Below, in pieces: positions 12,001 through 25,375 of a stretch of 64,000 nucleotides of DNA. A program made the position numbers and the translations under genes. Location of the stretch: contig OZ024741.1 of the NCBI GenBank assembly GCA_964016885.1, positions 31,496,001 to 31,560,000 of the forward strand, written 5' to 3'. The stretch comes from Eledone cirrhosa. Taxonomy: Eukaryota. Position 1 is the stretch's first letter. Each line of letters opens with the position of its first letter. The notes beneath the pieces are model-generated. The model was not told where the DNA came from and searched no databases. It worked only from the letters and a program-made list of their open reading frames with translations.

Positions 12001-12378
12001 CGGTGATGCCCTGATTAACTTTTTCAAATTTAATTTGGAAAGGAAAATCAGGTTAGAGAGGAAGTGCTCTCTTCCCAGCATTTTGTTGAAAGATGTGTGA
12101 ATGGGCCTTCTCTGAGTATGTGTCTGTAAATTAAAGGTGGAAAACTGGGAGAGGGCACCTGCCCTGGTGGTCAGAGTCACTGTGGCCTTTTAATGGGCTT
12201 TCTCCACAAATGTCCCTCGGAAGTCTCCCCCTATTGGGGAATTTTTCATTGTTATTTTTGTTACATCCTCTGTTTTTGTTTTTTTACACGCAGAAATGCC
12301 CATTTGTACCATCCTGTATTGTCCTGTACTCTCCTTAATGTCTACTTTATGTAAACCCTTGTGGTTAATAAAGAAAGC
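9047..12378 (+). mobile_element. Tx1-clade LINE, 5'-truncated, degenerate ORF2 (APE + RT + C-terminal Zn finger); ATT-associated family
   Basis: GDWN, TDH, SPGLDG, RPITLLN, YADD, CPRC motifs across ORFs 8793..12100; ends aataaagaaagc then (ATT)5. Confidence 0.92.
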
Positions 12379-12393
12379 ATTATTATTATTATT

Positions 12394-15300
12394 GTTCTTT
12401 GAGTCTCAGTCATCGATGTTATTTAACTGGAAAGTTTGTTGAAATGAATATCTGCAGCCTCCGACGTTCAGGACGTATCGGAGGGTTCTTGTTGCCAGTA
12501 CGCATGCCTTTTGAAGTGTTCCCCAAAGCGGGGTTGGACTAATCTTCTTTAAACATCGTTGGAATCTCTTTCATGGCAGTTCCAAATCCTTTTTACCTCC
12601 CACTTTAAATCCTGGTATCGGTTAATTTTCTCCCTCTCCTGCACTCTCGTGTCAAATGGGCAGGCTACATCTACAATCAGGCACGATCTTTTCTCCTTGT
12701 CCAAAACCACCAGGTCAGGCCTATTGTGTTCTAATCTTTTGTCCATATGTATCCTAAATTCCCATAGCACCTTCACCTGATCTTTTTCTATCACCGACTC
12801 TCAGAATGTGGTAAATTGTTTACTTTGCATAGATGCCAGTGGATCACCCTGCCTATCACATCATGTCTCCAGCCCTTAAAGTGAGTCTGGGCAAGGTGTT
12901 TACACTCGGATACAATGTGAGCCACATTCTCCTCTCCCTCTCCACAGACCCTACACAGTCAGCTAGCCTCCTCCGTGTCAATATGGTGTTTCACCCACTT
13001 CGTTCCGAGGGCTTGCACTTGCGCAGTCATTAGCATTCCTTCTGTAGCCTTTTTAAGATCTCCTATTTTTAACCAGTTCCATGTCAGTGGATCTCTAAAT
13101 TCCGTTTTCTTAAAGGAGATGCTATGAAGGGATTTTTCATGAAGGTTGCTCTTCCTCCTTTTTTTTTATTTCCTCCTTGGACATCCCCTGGTCAATTGTC
13201 TTCTCCTTCAGTACAATTTTGAGCATTGGCTCCCTACTGTCAGTCACCTATTTGTGCAGGTTGTTTTTCTCCATCTGAACACAGTCCTCTATGCTGATAA
13301 GACCTCTTCCACCTTCAGATCTCTTTAAGTAGAGTCTATGGACATCACTCCTCTTGTGGAACATGTTGTAGATAGTCAATAGCTTCCTAGTCTTCCTATC
13401 CATTTCTTTTTGTTCAGGAACATTCCATTTCAGAATTCCCGCACTGTACCTAATAATAGACACAGCTCGGGAATTTACTGCACTTATGATATTCCTACTA
13501 TTTAGATGTGATTTTAATACGCTCCTCACTCTCCTAATGTACTCAGATCTTATCAATTCCTTCATTTTTTTTTTGTTCTTGATGTCATCTGTCTCCAGAA
13601 CACCTAAACATTTGTATCCCTCTTCAGTGTCAATTTTCGTTTATCACCTCACCTGTTGGTACCCGGATTCCGTTGCTTCTGCTCAATTTACCCCTCTTCA
13701 TCACTAGGACTCCACATTTATTAATACCAAATTCCATACATATATCATTGCTGAAAATACGGACAGTGTCAACAAATACATCCAACTCCTTCTCACTCTT
13801 CCCAAAGAGTTTAAGATCGTCCATGAAGAGGTGGTTGATGGTAAGCTCTCCTTTTCCCAACTTGTATCCTGCTCTCACTTTTCGCAATATAACGGACATA
13901 AGTATCAGGGCAAGTACAAACAACAGAGGGGACAAACTATCTCCTAGAAGATACCTCTCTTGATCTTCACGCCTTCCAAGGATTCTCCACCCGATGTTAA
14001 CTCTGTTTCCCAGGACTTCATACTCTTGCTCAACAACTGTCTGATGTTATCTGCCACCCTGAAGTTCTCTAGGCTTTTGGTTATCCAAGAATGAGGTACC
14101 ATGTCGAATGCCTTTTTGTAGTCTATCCATCCAATGGCAAGACCAGTGTGTCTCCTCTTGCAATTCCTCATTACCATCTTATCAATAAGTAACTGGTCTT
14201 TGTACCACGGGACTTCTTTCGGCATCCTTTCTGTTCATCCGGTAACAAGTTGTTTATGTGGAGGTGATGGTAGATTTCCTCAGGCACAATGCTTGTTAAC
14301 AGTTTCCACATTACGGACAGACATGTGATAAGCCTATAGTTGGTAACATCATTACTCTTGACAAGCAGAAAAACCACCCTTCGGGTGGTTTTCTGCTAGC
14401 ATGTGTTGTGTGTATATTGATATTATACACAGGTATAATATACATGTAGATATGATACATCAAATAAAATCGTAATTGGCAATATACTCAGAAATTGAAC
14501 GAAGACTGCCTTACACTGTCTTCTGTAATCAGTAACGTAATCCATGATACATTAAAAAAAGACGATATTATATATAAACTGCATTAGGAGAAAATTAGTG
14601 ACAGAAAATTAGTATGTTTATTTAAGCGATCGCCACCGGAAGTGTTGACATCACACACTCTCTCTTTCTATATATATATGGTAGTTGAAGTGATGGTGGT
14701 GACGACGATATAGCGGAAGTGCAACTTTGAAAAGAAGTCAAAAATAAGTCAAAAATAAACCGTACAGAGTTCCGCAGACCTTCCTTTATTATAGTTTAGA
14801 TTTATTTTTACGAAATTATTTTTGTTTACGAAATTTAGTAGACAAAATTTAGTAGATAAATTATGTAATATTCATTCATTATTTATTCAAAGTAATCCAC
14901 CTTATTTTACCAACGGAGTAAAAAAAAACCGTACGCAGTCCCGTAGACCTTTTTTTGTTATAGTTTAGATTCGGTCTTTCATTACTAGAACTGTGGTACC
15001 TTTTGTCAACCACTCTGGTACTTCACCCGACATCAAGCAGTCATTGAACATGGTTGTCAGTTTCGGGTGGAGGGATGTTATATTTTTAATCCAATACCCT
15101 TGCACACCATCTGGGCCTGGTGATTTCCAGTTGGTTAGTTTTTTTGGCCTGCCCTTTAATAGTTTGATACTCAAATCAGGTTGTTAGTGTGCTTGTTCAC
15201 TGATCTACTTTTGAACTGTCTCAATCCACACTGCCTGACTATTATGATCAACATCCTGCCCGCATATTCCTCTCCAGAATGTCTTAGTCTGTGCCGCCTC

Positions 15301-16470
15301 ACGGATCACGTCGTTGCCTCTTTCTTTCCCTTCAAGCTGTCCAAACAACATCTTCTGGTTGTTGTCAAACATGCGGTTCTGTCTATACTAACTAACTCTG
15401 TTCTCATACCGCCTAATCTTTTCACTTTTTGCTACAATGAGTTGATTCAGTTCTTCTATGATAATATTTAGCTTTTCCCCCCTAGTTTTGTATTTTATTT
15501 TCAATCTATCTTTAGTGTCTATGTTTTGTAATGTCCCATTCAGTAAGGACTCAAGCTTTCCGATGTCTTTCCTCATTTCCTTGATTTGACCATTCAGTCG
15601 TTTCTTCCATCAAGGTTCTGATCTTTCTCGTTTGTTGTTTCCTCTCGACCTTATGCCAAGTCATTTCCTCACCGCATTTGCTGTTGCTTTGAGGATATTG
15701 TTGTACTGGTGAAGGTTCCTCGCCTCAAGGTATGGGATGACTTTGTTTACCTTAGCTGTTGTTTCTTTTAACTTTTTCCTGTCTACAAATCTTAGGGTCA
15801 TAGGTTTTCCACTATCAGTGTTCATTTCATCTACCACTAAGTTCAGGATATCAACCAAATCTTGCCCTGGCCCGTCAGCATTCATTTCCTCAATTGCTGT
15901 AACTTTGTTCCAGATGTTATTTATTTCAACATTCAGACCATTGTCTGCTTTGGATACTTCCTCAGGTCTCTCAACCTCTTCACTTTCACTTCCCACTGGC
16001 TCGTTTCCAACTTAATCTCTCTGCTCAGTTCCTCTAGTTTCAACTCGCTTATCCATCCATTAGTTCTTATTACCCGAGCCTGCCCGGCCAAATTTTGTTC
16101 ATCTAATTTAAATAGACCAATCTTATTCCAGATGTTATGCATCCGTTTCCTATAGCCTTTTTCCATGGGGTTACTCTTCAGGTAACATTTCATGACAGTT
16201 CTATTCAATTCTTTCGTCCAGTTAGTTCTTATCCATTTCCTTCTTCTTCCTCAATCAAACACCAGCAGTATTTGGATGACAGCCAGGTCCCTATGGCTGG
16301 GCCAAGGAGCATTTGCTGGGTGAGAGTCTTTCACATGACGTTCAAGTCTCTTTTTCACCGTTATTCGAACTGTTTAGGTTCGACATTTAAACATTCATAT
16401 CAAGGATTTGTGAATGTATGGTTACATAACCACCGGTGATTTTAGCGTGGCACCATCACGCTGTAGACGA
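12394..16470 (-). mobile_element. R4/Dong-clade non-LTR retrotransposon, near full length, degenerate (RT + restriction-like endonuclease)
   Basis: KSPGPDG, WIDYKKAFDMVPH, LFMDDLKLF, RLYLKRSEGGRGL, RPDLVV..DV..P..EK motifs; 3' end at (TAA)n, 5' end at (TAAA)n. Confidence 0.9.
14362..14969 (-). mobile_element. Non-autonomous Helitron nested in the R4/Dong RT
   Basis: 5' TCTAAACTATAA, 3' hairpin (14364-14397) ending CTTG, inserted between host A and T with no TSD; removal restores frame KDR-I-KSND. Confidence 0.88.
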
Positions 16471-16554
16471 AAATAAATAAATAAACAAATAAATAAATAA
16501 AAACATAAAAATATAAACATAAGTTTCATTGTAATGTTTGAATGTCTGACTTAG

Positions 16555-16713
16555 TTTTTTTTTTCTTTTTTTCTTTTTTCTTTTTTTCTTTTTTCTTTTT
16601 TCTTTTTTCTTTTTTCTTTTTTCTTTTTTCTTTTTTCTTTTTTCTTTTTTCTTTTTTCTTTTTTCTTTTTTCTTTTTTCTTTTTTCTTTTTTCTTTTTTC
16701 TTTTTTCTTTTTC
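16555..16713. repeat. (TTTTTTC)n heptamer repeat
   Basis: Direct reading. Confidence 0.95.
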
Positions 16714-16920
16714 AAGGCCAGTAACATCAGTTACTAGTGTTGTTTTTGTTGCTGCTGCTGTTTTTGATTTTAGCTATGCTAAGCTCGTAGTCATAGCAAC
16801 GAAGGAGGTAGGGGTGTTGCGTTCAAAACTTTTGAAATTTGTTTTTCTTCTGATGTTGCGTTTGTTTTTGTCTGTGTTCTGTTCTGTAATTTTTTGACTT
16901 GTTCCTTATCATTATTGCTG

Positions 16921-17305
16921 GGTGAAGCCCTGATTAACTTTTTCAAATTTCATTTGAAAAGGAAAATCAGGGTAGAGAGGGAAGCATTTTGTTGAAAGAT
17001 GGGTGAGAGAAGCAAGTATGGCCCGAGTGCATGGGTCTACTCTGAGTATGTGTCTGTAAATTAAAGGTGGAAAACTGGGAGAGGGCACTTGCCCTGGTGG
17101 TCAGGGTCACTGTGGCCTTTTAATGGGCTTTCACCACAAATGTCCCTCGGAAGTCTCCCCCCTATTGGGGAATTTTTCATTGTTATTTTTTATTACATCC
17201 TCTGTTTTTTTTACGTGCAGAAATGCCCATTTGTACCGTCCTGTATTGTCCTGTACTGACCTTAATGTCTACTTTATGAAAACCCTTGTGGTTAATAAAG
17301 AAAGC
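16921..17305 (+). mobile_element. 5'-truncated 3' end of ATT-family Tx1 LINE with target-site duplication
   Basis: Matches 12002-12378; attattgctgggt at 16911-16923 and 17306-17318. Confidence 0.9.
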
Positions 17306-17310
17306 ATTAT

Positions 17311-17563
17311 TGCTGGGTAATTGCTGGCCTTGTGCCAAAAGTAGAAACTATTATTATTATTATTTGACGGTGGATTGGCAGTATCGGTAGAGGGTCGGAC
17401 GCCATGCTTTGACGCATAGAGTTACGGCCCTTGCCATTCTGAGTTCAAATCCCGCCGAGGTTAATTTTGCCTTTCATCCTATGGGGTCGATAAAATAAAA
17501 TACCAGTAATACACTGGGTAAGTGCTGGCCTTGTGCCAAAAGTAGAAACAATTATTATTATTA
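17311..17563 (+). mobile_element. SINE 3' fragment followed by full tRNA-derived SINE, (ATT)n tails
   Basis: Same family as 6246-6442. Confidence 0.88.
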
Positions 17564-18156
17564 TTTGACATCGTTTAAACTAAACATTTTGAGAGAGTTT
17601 AGAGATACAACGACAATAATTATTATTATTATGGTGTTATTGTTGGCTATGTTTGACCGGGTCACTAAATGAGTCTATTTATATCTTTTGGTAGCTATCA
17701 CATTTCTAGGCACTACTACTACCTTCCCTCTCCAGGAGGGAGTGAGGGAATAGTGGTGGTAACGATGATGCAGTGGTGACGGTGGTGATGGGCTAGTAGT
17801 ACTGTAGTGATGGTGTTGTTGCTGTTGGTTTGTCTCTAGCTAAATTTTGTGATAGTGGTGGTGGTGGCGGCGGTGGTGGTAGTGTTGGTGGTGAAATTAT
17901 TTGGCTGTTGTTTTCTCCCATTTGTGACCATTTGTAACCACTTTCTTTTTTGACTATAACATTTTTAATACAAAATTAAATATTTGAGCAATATGCCAGA
18001 GTGTTATGTGTTGTCACTTCCTGAGACTTATAACTGGTGCCTTATGCCCCATTTGTAATAAGAATTATTCTATCACAATTCTTTTAAATATGTAAAGAAT
18101 CAAAAACTTACGGGAGTGATTCCATAACACTCTATCCATCATGTGCGTATTCTTCC

Positions 18157-18315
18157 CTCCCCATATTGGGGAATTTTTCATTGTTCTTTTTTGTTACATC
18201 CTCTGTATTTTTTGGTTTTTTTACACGCAGAAATGCACATTTGTACCGTCATGTAGTGTCCTGTACTGTCCTTAATGTCTACTTTGTGTAAACCCTTGTG
18301 GTTAATAAAGAAAGC
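18157..18315 (+). mobile_element. 3' tip of ATT-family Tx1 LINE
   Basis: Matches ~12226-12378; ends aataaagaaagc-attattat. Confidence 0.88.
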
Positions 18316-18346
18316 ATTATTATAAACAATTATTATTATTATTATT

Positions 18347-18589
18347 GTTATTCCTTGAATCTCAGTCATTGATGTTGGTTAACTGGAAAGTCCGTTGGAT
18401 TGAATATCAAGCCACTACCTGCAGCCTCAGATATTCAGGACGTATCGGAGGGTTCTTGCTGTTCCAAGCAAGCATGCCTTTTGAAGCGTTTCAAAAAGCG
18501 TGAAGGGGCCGATTTTCTTCAACCATCCCTGGAAACCTTTGGAGATAGTCCCCAGTGCGCCTATGACAATCGGGATCACTTTGACTTCA
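18347..18589 (-). mobile_element. 3' tip of R4/Dong element flanked by (ATT)n on both sides
   Basis: Similar to 12394-12550; translation VIPIVIGALGT...LQKACLLGTARTLR. Confidence 0.85.
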
Positions 18590-18650
<61 letters not shown>

Positions 18651-19311
18651 GTTATCATTATTATCATTACTATTATATAACCACAGTAAAATTAAAGAAA
18701 GACATCAACCGCTACAGCAGTGAAGAAAATAGCATTTAAGAGCAATAACAAATTTTTAAGAACATTCAATATATTACCACTATTTTTATCAGCACCATCG
18801 TTATCATCATATCAACAACAACAACAACAACAACAAAAGCAATAGTTGTAATAAGAAGAGAAACTGCCAGATCATTATTAATTAAAATATTCATTTATTG
18901 AGTTTAATCGTGTTAAAGTAGAATCCTTCAAAATGGCAACATTTTGAAGCTTGAGTTTTATGTTGTTCAATTATTTCCTCTCGAAAACCGGCTGCCATCT
19001 TTCTTCTTTCGTCAAGCCCAGCAAGCCCATAGGATTAATACAATTTTTTTTCTGCCATGTATTCTTTCTTTCAATTCTTTCTTCCTCCTATAACTTTCTT
19101 GCTCTCTGTTTTCTATCACCTTTTTCTTTTTCTTTCTTTTCATCTTTCTTCCTTTGTTCCCTTTTTCTTTGTTTTTCTTTCACTACATTTTTCCAGTTAT
19201 CTGATCTCTCTTTTTCTTCGTTTCATTTCTTTAACTTCATTTTTTTACTTCATTTTCATCAGTTTTTCGTTTTTTGCTTGTTTATTTATATTTATATTTT
19301 TTCGGTCATCG

Positions 19312-19352
<41 letters not shown>

Positions 19353-19819
19353 CCTCTTATATTCATCGTCGTTATTCTATTTCATATTTTTTCCCTGCAC
19401 TTTTAACTATTAGTTCGAGTATATATATATGTGTGTGTGTGTGTGTCTGTATGTGTGTGTGTGTGTGTCTGTATGTGTGTGTGTGTTTGTGTATGTGTGT
19501 GTGTGTGTACGTGATTTTACATCTATGTTATGTTGCTATATATATATATATATTATATATGTGTATATGTTACGTGTGTGTACGTCATGTGCATGCCTAT
19601 GTAATGTGCGTGCACTCGTAATTTTAATTTTTGAACATCACACTATCAGGATGATGGATGAGACCAGGTGTTACCACGTGATCCATTCCAACACACTCTA
19701 AGCCATTCAACGTGACCATCCTTATGCTAAGGATATTTGCATTATTTATTTATTTTTGTTGCTATAGACACCTCTTCTGCGTTTGTGATTTCCATATTCA
19801 TTTTCAGTATTATCATAGA

Positions 19820-20045
19820 GGACAGTGAATTGGCAGTATCGGTAGAGGGTCGGACAACCTGCTTCACGGCATAGAGTTACGGCCCTTTACATTCTGTGTT
19901 AAAATAAATCCTGCCGAGGTTAGCTTTGCCTTTCATCCATACGGGGTCGGTAAAATAAAGTACCAGCAATGCACTGGGGTCAATTTGATCTACTTCTACC
20001 TCCCCCAAAATTTACTGGCTCTGTATCTGTATCAGAAAACATTAT
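19820..20045 (+). mobile_element. tRNA-derived SINE (older copy)
   Basis: Same head and core as other copies. Confidence 0.85.
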
Positions 20046-20158
20046 CACTAGTAGCACAATTATCACAATATATTTGCTAATATATAAATAATTATATGGC
20101 TATATTTATATGTATAAATGGAGGACTACAAGGAGAGGAGAAGAATATATATATATAT

Positions 20159-20580
20159 ATATTGTTATACTTTGGGAGAGTCATGTTGCCAATAAGAAGC
20201 ACACGCACCAGTCGCTTTCACTCCAATTCATTATAAATTCAATTTATAAATTTAAGAATTTATAAATTTCCGGTTGTTTGGTTGGTTCCACAACCGGACG
20301 GTTGTTCATATATTGTCAAAGTTCTTTCGTCACACATTCTGTGACCTCTTCAGTGAAGAGGTGAAGAGGTCACAGAATGTGTGACGAAAGAACTTTGACA
20401 ATATATGAACAACCGTCCGGTTGTGGAACCAACCAATCGGAAATTTATAAATTCTTAAATTTATGAATTTAATTTATAATAAATTGGAGTGAAAGCAACT
20501 GCTGCATGTGTTTCTTATTGGCAACATGACCCTCCCAAAGTATAACAATATTGGTTTCAACACACGCTTTCAGATAAAGA
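20159..20580. mobile_element. Fold-back PLE pLTR pair centred on the HHR core, ~30-nt tail on right, in (TA)n
   Basis: Arms 20159-20352 and 20362-20551; motif CTGAAGA g-gtcac-agaatgt-gtgac GAAA gaac TT tga. Confidence 0.85.
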
Positions 20581-20592
20581 ATATATATATAT

Positions 20593-20677
20593 GGTTCCTA
20601 TTACCCACTCTACTACCTCAAGTATTGAGTACTTTGGTGCGTTATGGTCCACCTGGTTCCTTACCACATTTCCTTCG

Positions 20678-20738
<61 letters not shown>

Positions 20739-20884
20739 TACTCAATACTTAGGGTAGTAGAGTGGGTAATAGGAACGAGTAGGACCCCGACGGCTGAGCT
20801 CAAGCCGTTTCGACGGCTAATTCTGAACTGAATTAGCCGTGGAAACGGCTTGAGCTCAGCCGTCGGGGTCCTACTCGTTCCTAT
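20593..20884. mobile_element. PLE-type terminus family G: tail-only piece (20593-20680) plus fold-back (20737-20884)
   Basis: Arms 20769-20823 and 20830-20884 carry the HHR 3' half GAAA cggct-tgagctc-agccg TC gggg; homologous to 40337-40541 and 49566-49782. Confidence 0.8.
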
Positions 20885-20885
20885 A

Positions 20886-20922
<37 letters not shown>

Positions 20923-20925
<3 letters not shown>

Positions 20926-21346
20926 ATATAAGATCAAAAGATGGTTAAAGGAGTTCCATGTATTTTATTATGCGCATTTCAAAAACAAACATCATCATGC
21001 AATAATATTTGTGTTTTCATCAGATAAAACAGGAGAACATGATATGAAGGCTAAAAAACACTTGTGGATAGTGCAGTTTTAAATCAACATATGATATGTT
21101 GATTTAAAACTGCACTATCCACAAGTGTTTTTTAGCCTTCATATCATGTTCTCCTGTTTTATCTGATGAAAACACAAATATTATTGCATGATGATGTTTG
21201 TTTTTGAAATGCTCATAATAAAATACATGGAACTCCTTTAACCATCTTTTGATCTTATATTATGTATACTCCAGTCCTACAAACTGTAGAGTGCTTCTTA
21301 TTCGATATCTGCATTGCTTTATTGTACTACAATAAAACTTACCTCC

Positions 21347-21349
<3 letters not shown>
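20923..21349. mobile_element. Near-perfect 170-bp-arm fold-back PLE pLTR with ~85-nt tail, in (TA)n
   Basis: Arms 20923-21092 and 21094-21263 with a 1-nt centre; one mismatch seen; tail 21264-21349. Confidence 0.9.
20962..21030 (-). ncRNA. Type I hammerhead ribozyme (intact); mirror copy 21156-21224 (+)
   Basis: gttttat CTGATGA aaacacaaata...tgtttgttttt GAAA tgcgca TA ataaaat. Confidence 0.85.
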
Positions 21350-21413
<64 letters not shown>

Positions 21414-21791
21414 CATCTTGTGCACTTGCTTACCACGTGTTTTTGTTTATTCCTTTCAGTATCGCTGTCAACTTAATAATCATTTTTAATTTCTTAATTC
21501 TTATTTTTTATTTTTTTACTTTGTATGTGACGACTTAATTCAGTATATGTTCATTGATTTTTATTTATTCTTATATTTATATGTGTGTGTGCGTATGTAG
21601 GTATATATATCTATATATGTGTGTGCATATGTGTATGTGTGTATATATGTGTGTATGTATATATGTGTGTGTATGTATGTGTATATATATATACATATAT
21701 ATATATGTATATATATATATATATGTGTTTGTATATTTATGTGTATGTGTATGTATGGATATATATATATATATGTGTGTGTATAAATATG

Positions 21792-21833
<42 letters not shown>

Positions 21834-21985
21834 CGTGCGTGCGTGTGTGTTTGCGTGCGTGTGTGTTTATCTACTTTTATATTTATTATTCTTTTTCTCC
21901 TTTCCTTCTTCTTCCTCCAGTCTCACTTTCATATATATTATATTTTTGTTTTTCAAATCCACTGTCAATAAATACACCAGGATTT

Positions 21986-22045
21986 TTTCATTATGATGAC
22001 TGAAAGCAAATTTGTTTGCTTTCAAGAAACCACTGGTAAATGAAA
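21986..22045 (+). ncRNA. Hammerhead motif (C3>A) at a PLE-like 3' end before (TA)n
   Basis: tttcatt ATGATGA c-tgaaagcaaa-tttg-tttgctttca-a GAAA ccactgg TA aatgaaa; 7-bp stem I, 10-bp stem II. Confidence 0.75.
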
Positions 22046-22610
22046 TAATTATCTTATGTTGTTTATTACATAACTATATATATATATATACAGTTAATGT
22101 GGAATGGTAAATAAATATATGCATATATACCAAGTCTGAACACAGAGGAGCCAGGAACCAAACTTCCGCTGCCACTGCCTCCGTATCTCCCGTTCTCACC
22201 ATTTCTAACTTTTGTGAGCAAATTGGGGTCCACGCACTGGCCACATGGTGGCTCCGGCGGACAAAATAGAGAAGGCGTTTCCCCGGTGGATAGTGAGGAA
22301 GACGCGCTGGAAGAACAACTCCAGTTCGCGAGGCTCACACTTGCGGGTAGTCAACTCCGTGCCAATGGTGGTAAGTAGAGAGGTATGTTTGTTAGTAGGT
22401 ATAATGCTATAGTCATGTTGATGATGATGCTGAAGTTGATGATCATTATCAACATAACATTATCGCCGTCATCGTCATTATCGTCTCCAATGACATCATT
22501 TCATTATCACAAACATGGTCATTGTCATCGTAGTTATCAGGGTGCTGACTGTGGGTAGGGGGGTGAGAGAAGAATTCATGTGGCTTAGTAAAGGAGGAGT
22601 GAATAAGGTA

Positions 22611-24050
<1,440 letters not shown>

Positions 24051-24104
24051 ATTGTTGCCCTTGTTATTGTTGTTGTTGTTCTTGTTATTATTATCATTCT
24101 CATA

Positions 24105-25150
24105 AATTGCAATGGGTGTATATTACAAGACTGTACCTGAAGAGAAATGAAGGTGGGAGAGCTTTAATTCGGTTTAATGTGTACGTAGTGAGTACAACAG
24201 CTTCTAGGACTATCTCATATTAACTGAAGAAGCAATATTCAGAAAAGTTCTAAATGAAGACTTTATAATAGAAAGTCAAGGTAAGAAAACATACAACAAA
24301 GACTTTAGTGGAAACAAGAACAGGCATGGATAGAAAAAGCTTTGCAAAGCAAATTTCCAGCTGGCATTAAAGACATTACTGACCCTAGGTCATGATTTGG
24401 CTTAGGTCAGGTTGGGTTAAAAACGAGCACGGAGGCTATTATTACTGCCGGACAAGTCCTGGCACTCAGAACCAGTTGGGTGAAAGGTAATAACGATGAA
24501 CAACATTGCCCCCATTCTGCTGAGTGTGCCATAAAGTAGAGGCATATGTGTCACATATCGCTTGTGGATGTGAGCAATTAGCAAAAAGTCGTGATAAAAT
24601 CCGGCCAAAAGTGTCCATTGGGAGTTGTGCAAAAAATACAACATGGAAAACAGTGTCAGTGGTACGAACATATTTCTCCTGAAATCCTGTCTATCAGGGG
24701 AGGGAGTAGAGTTATTTTGGGACTTTGCGATCAAGACCACAAGCAAAGTCAACAGAACCTTGATATTAAAAAGCAAACAACCGCCTCAAAATGGATTGTA
24801 ATTGATATTGCGAACCATCAAGACCACAATGTGGCTGAAAATGAAATGTAAAAGATCAATAAGTATGCAGACTTTGCAGGCGTTATTAGAACTGATCACC
24901 CTGTAGTGACAGAAGTCGTACCAATCGTCATTAGGGCGCTAAGCACGGTCCCTAAACGTCTTATGTTTTCCATCAGAAACCTTGGGATACCCTACTTCAT
25001 AGGGAGTGCCCAGATTTCTACTGTCACTAACACTGCCAGAATCCTTTGCAATATATTGAGTCTCTGAGATCAGGGACTTATCTGAGGCCAATTAATACTC
25101 TGCACCTAGCAACCGATTGCTAGAGAAAATTCACAAAATGAAAAAAAAAT
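24105..25150 (+). mobile_element. Old R4/Dong-type 3' fragment
   Basis: RLYLKRNEGGRALI, zinc-knuckle remnant, IDIA and VVPIVIRALSTVP endonuclease motifs. Confidence 0.7.
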
Positions 25151-25179
25151 ATGATCATTATTACTAATTCTCAAGTGTG

Positions 25180-25375
25180 TACTGACAGAATCGGTAGAGC
25201 GTCAGTTATATTGCATTTAGTTACGGATCTTTGCAGTCTGAATTAAATGCGATCGAGACTCTTTTTTCATTCTTCCTGTGTCGATACAATAAAGAGCCAG
25301 TTAAATGCAGGGGTCATTTGAGTCGACTTTCCCCTTCCGCCAAATTCCAGCCTTGTATCTAAATTAGAAATCAAT
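25180..25375 (+). mobile_element. Degenerate tRNA-derived SINE
   Basis: Recognisable head, gtcgatacaataaagagccag core, ccagccttgtatctaaattagaaa tail. Confidence 0.65.

Noticed and set aside
14364-14397. Rho-independent terminator-like hairpin
   Set aside because: Better explained as the Helitron 3' subterminal hairpin.
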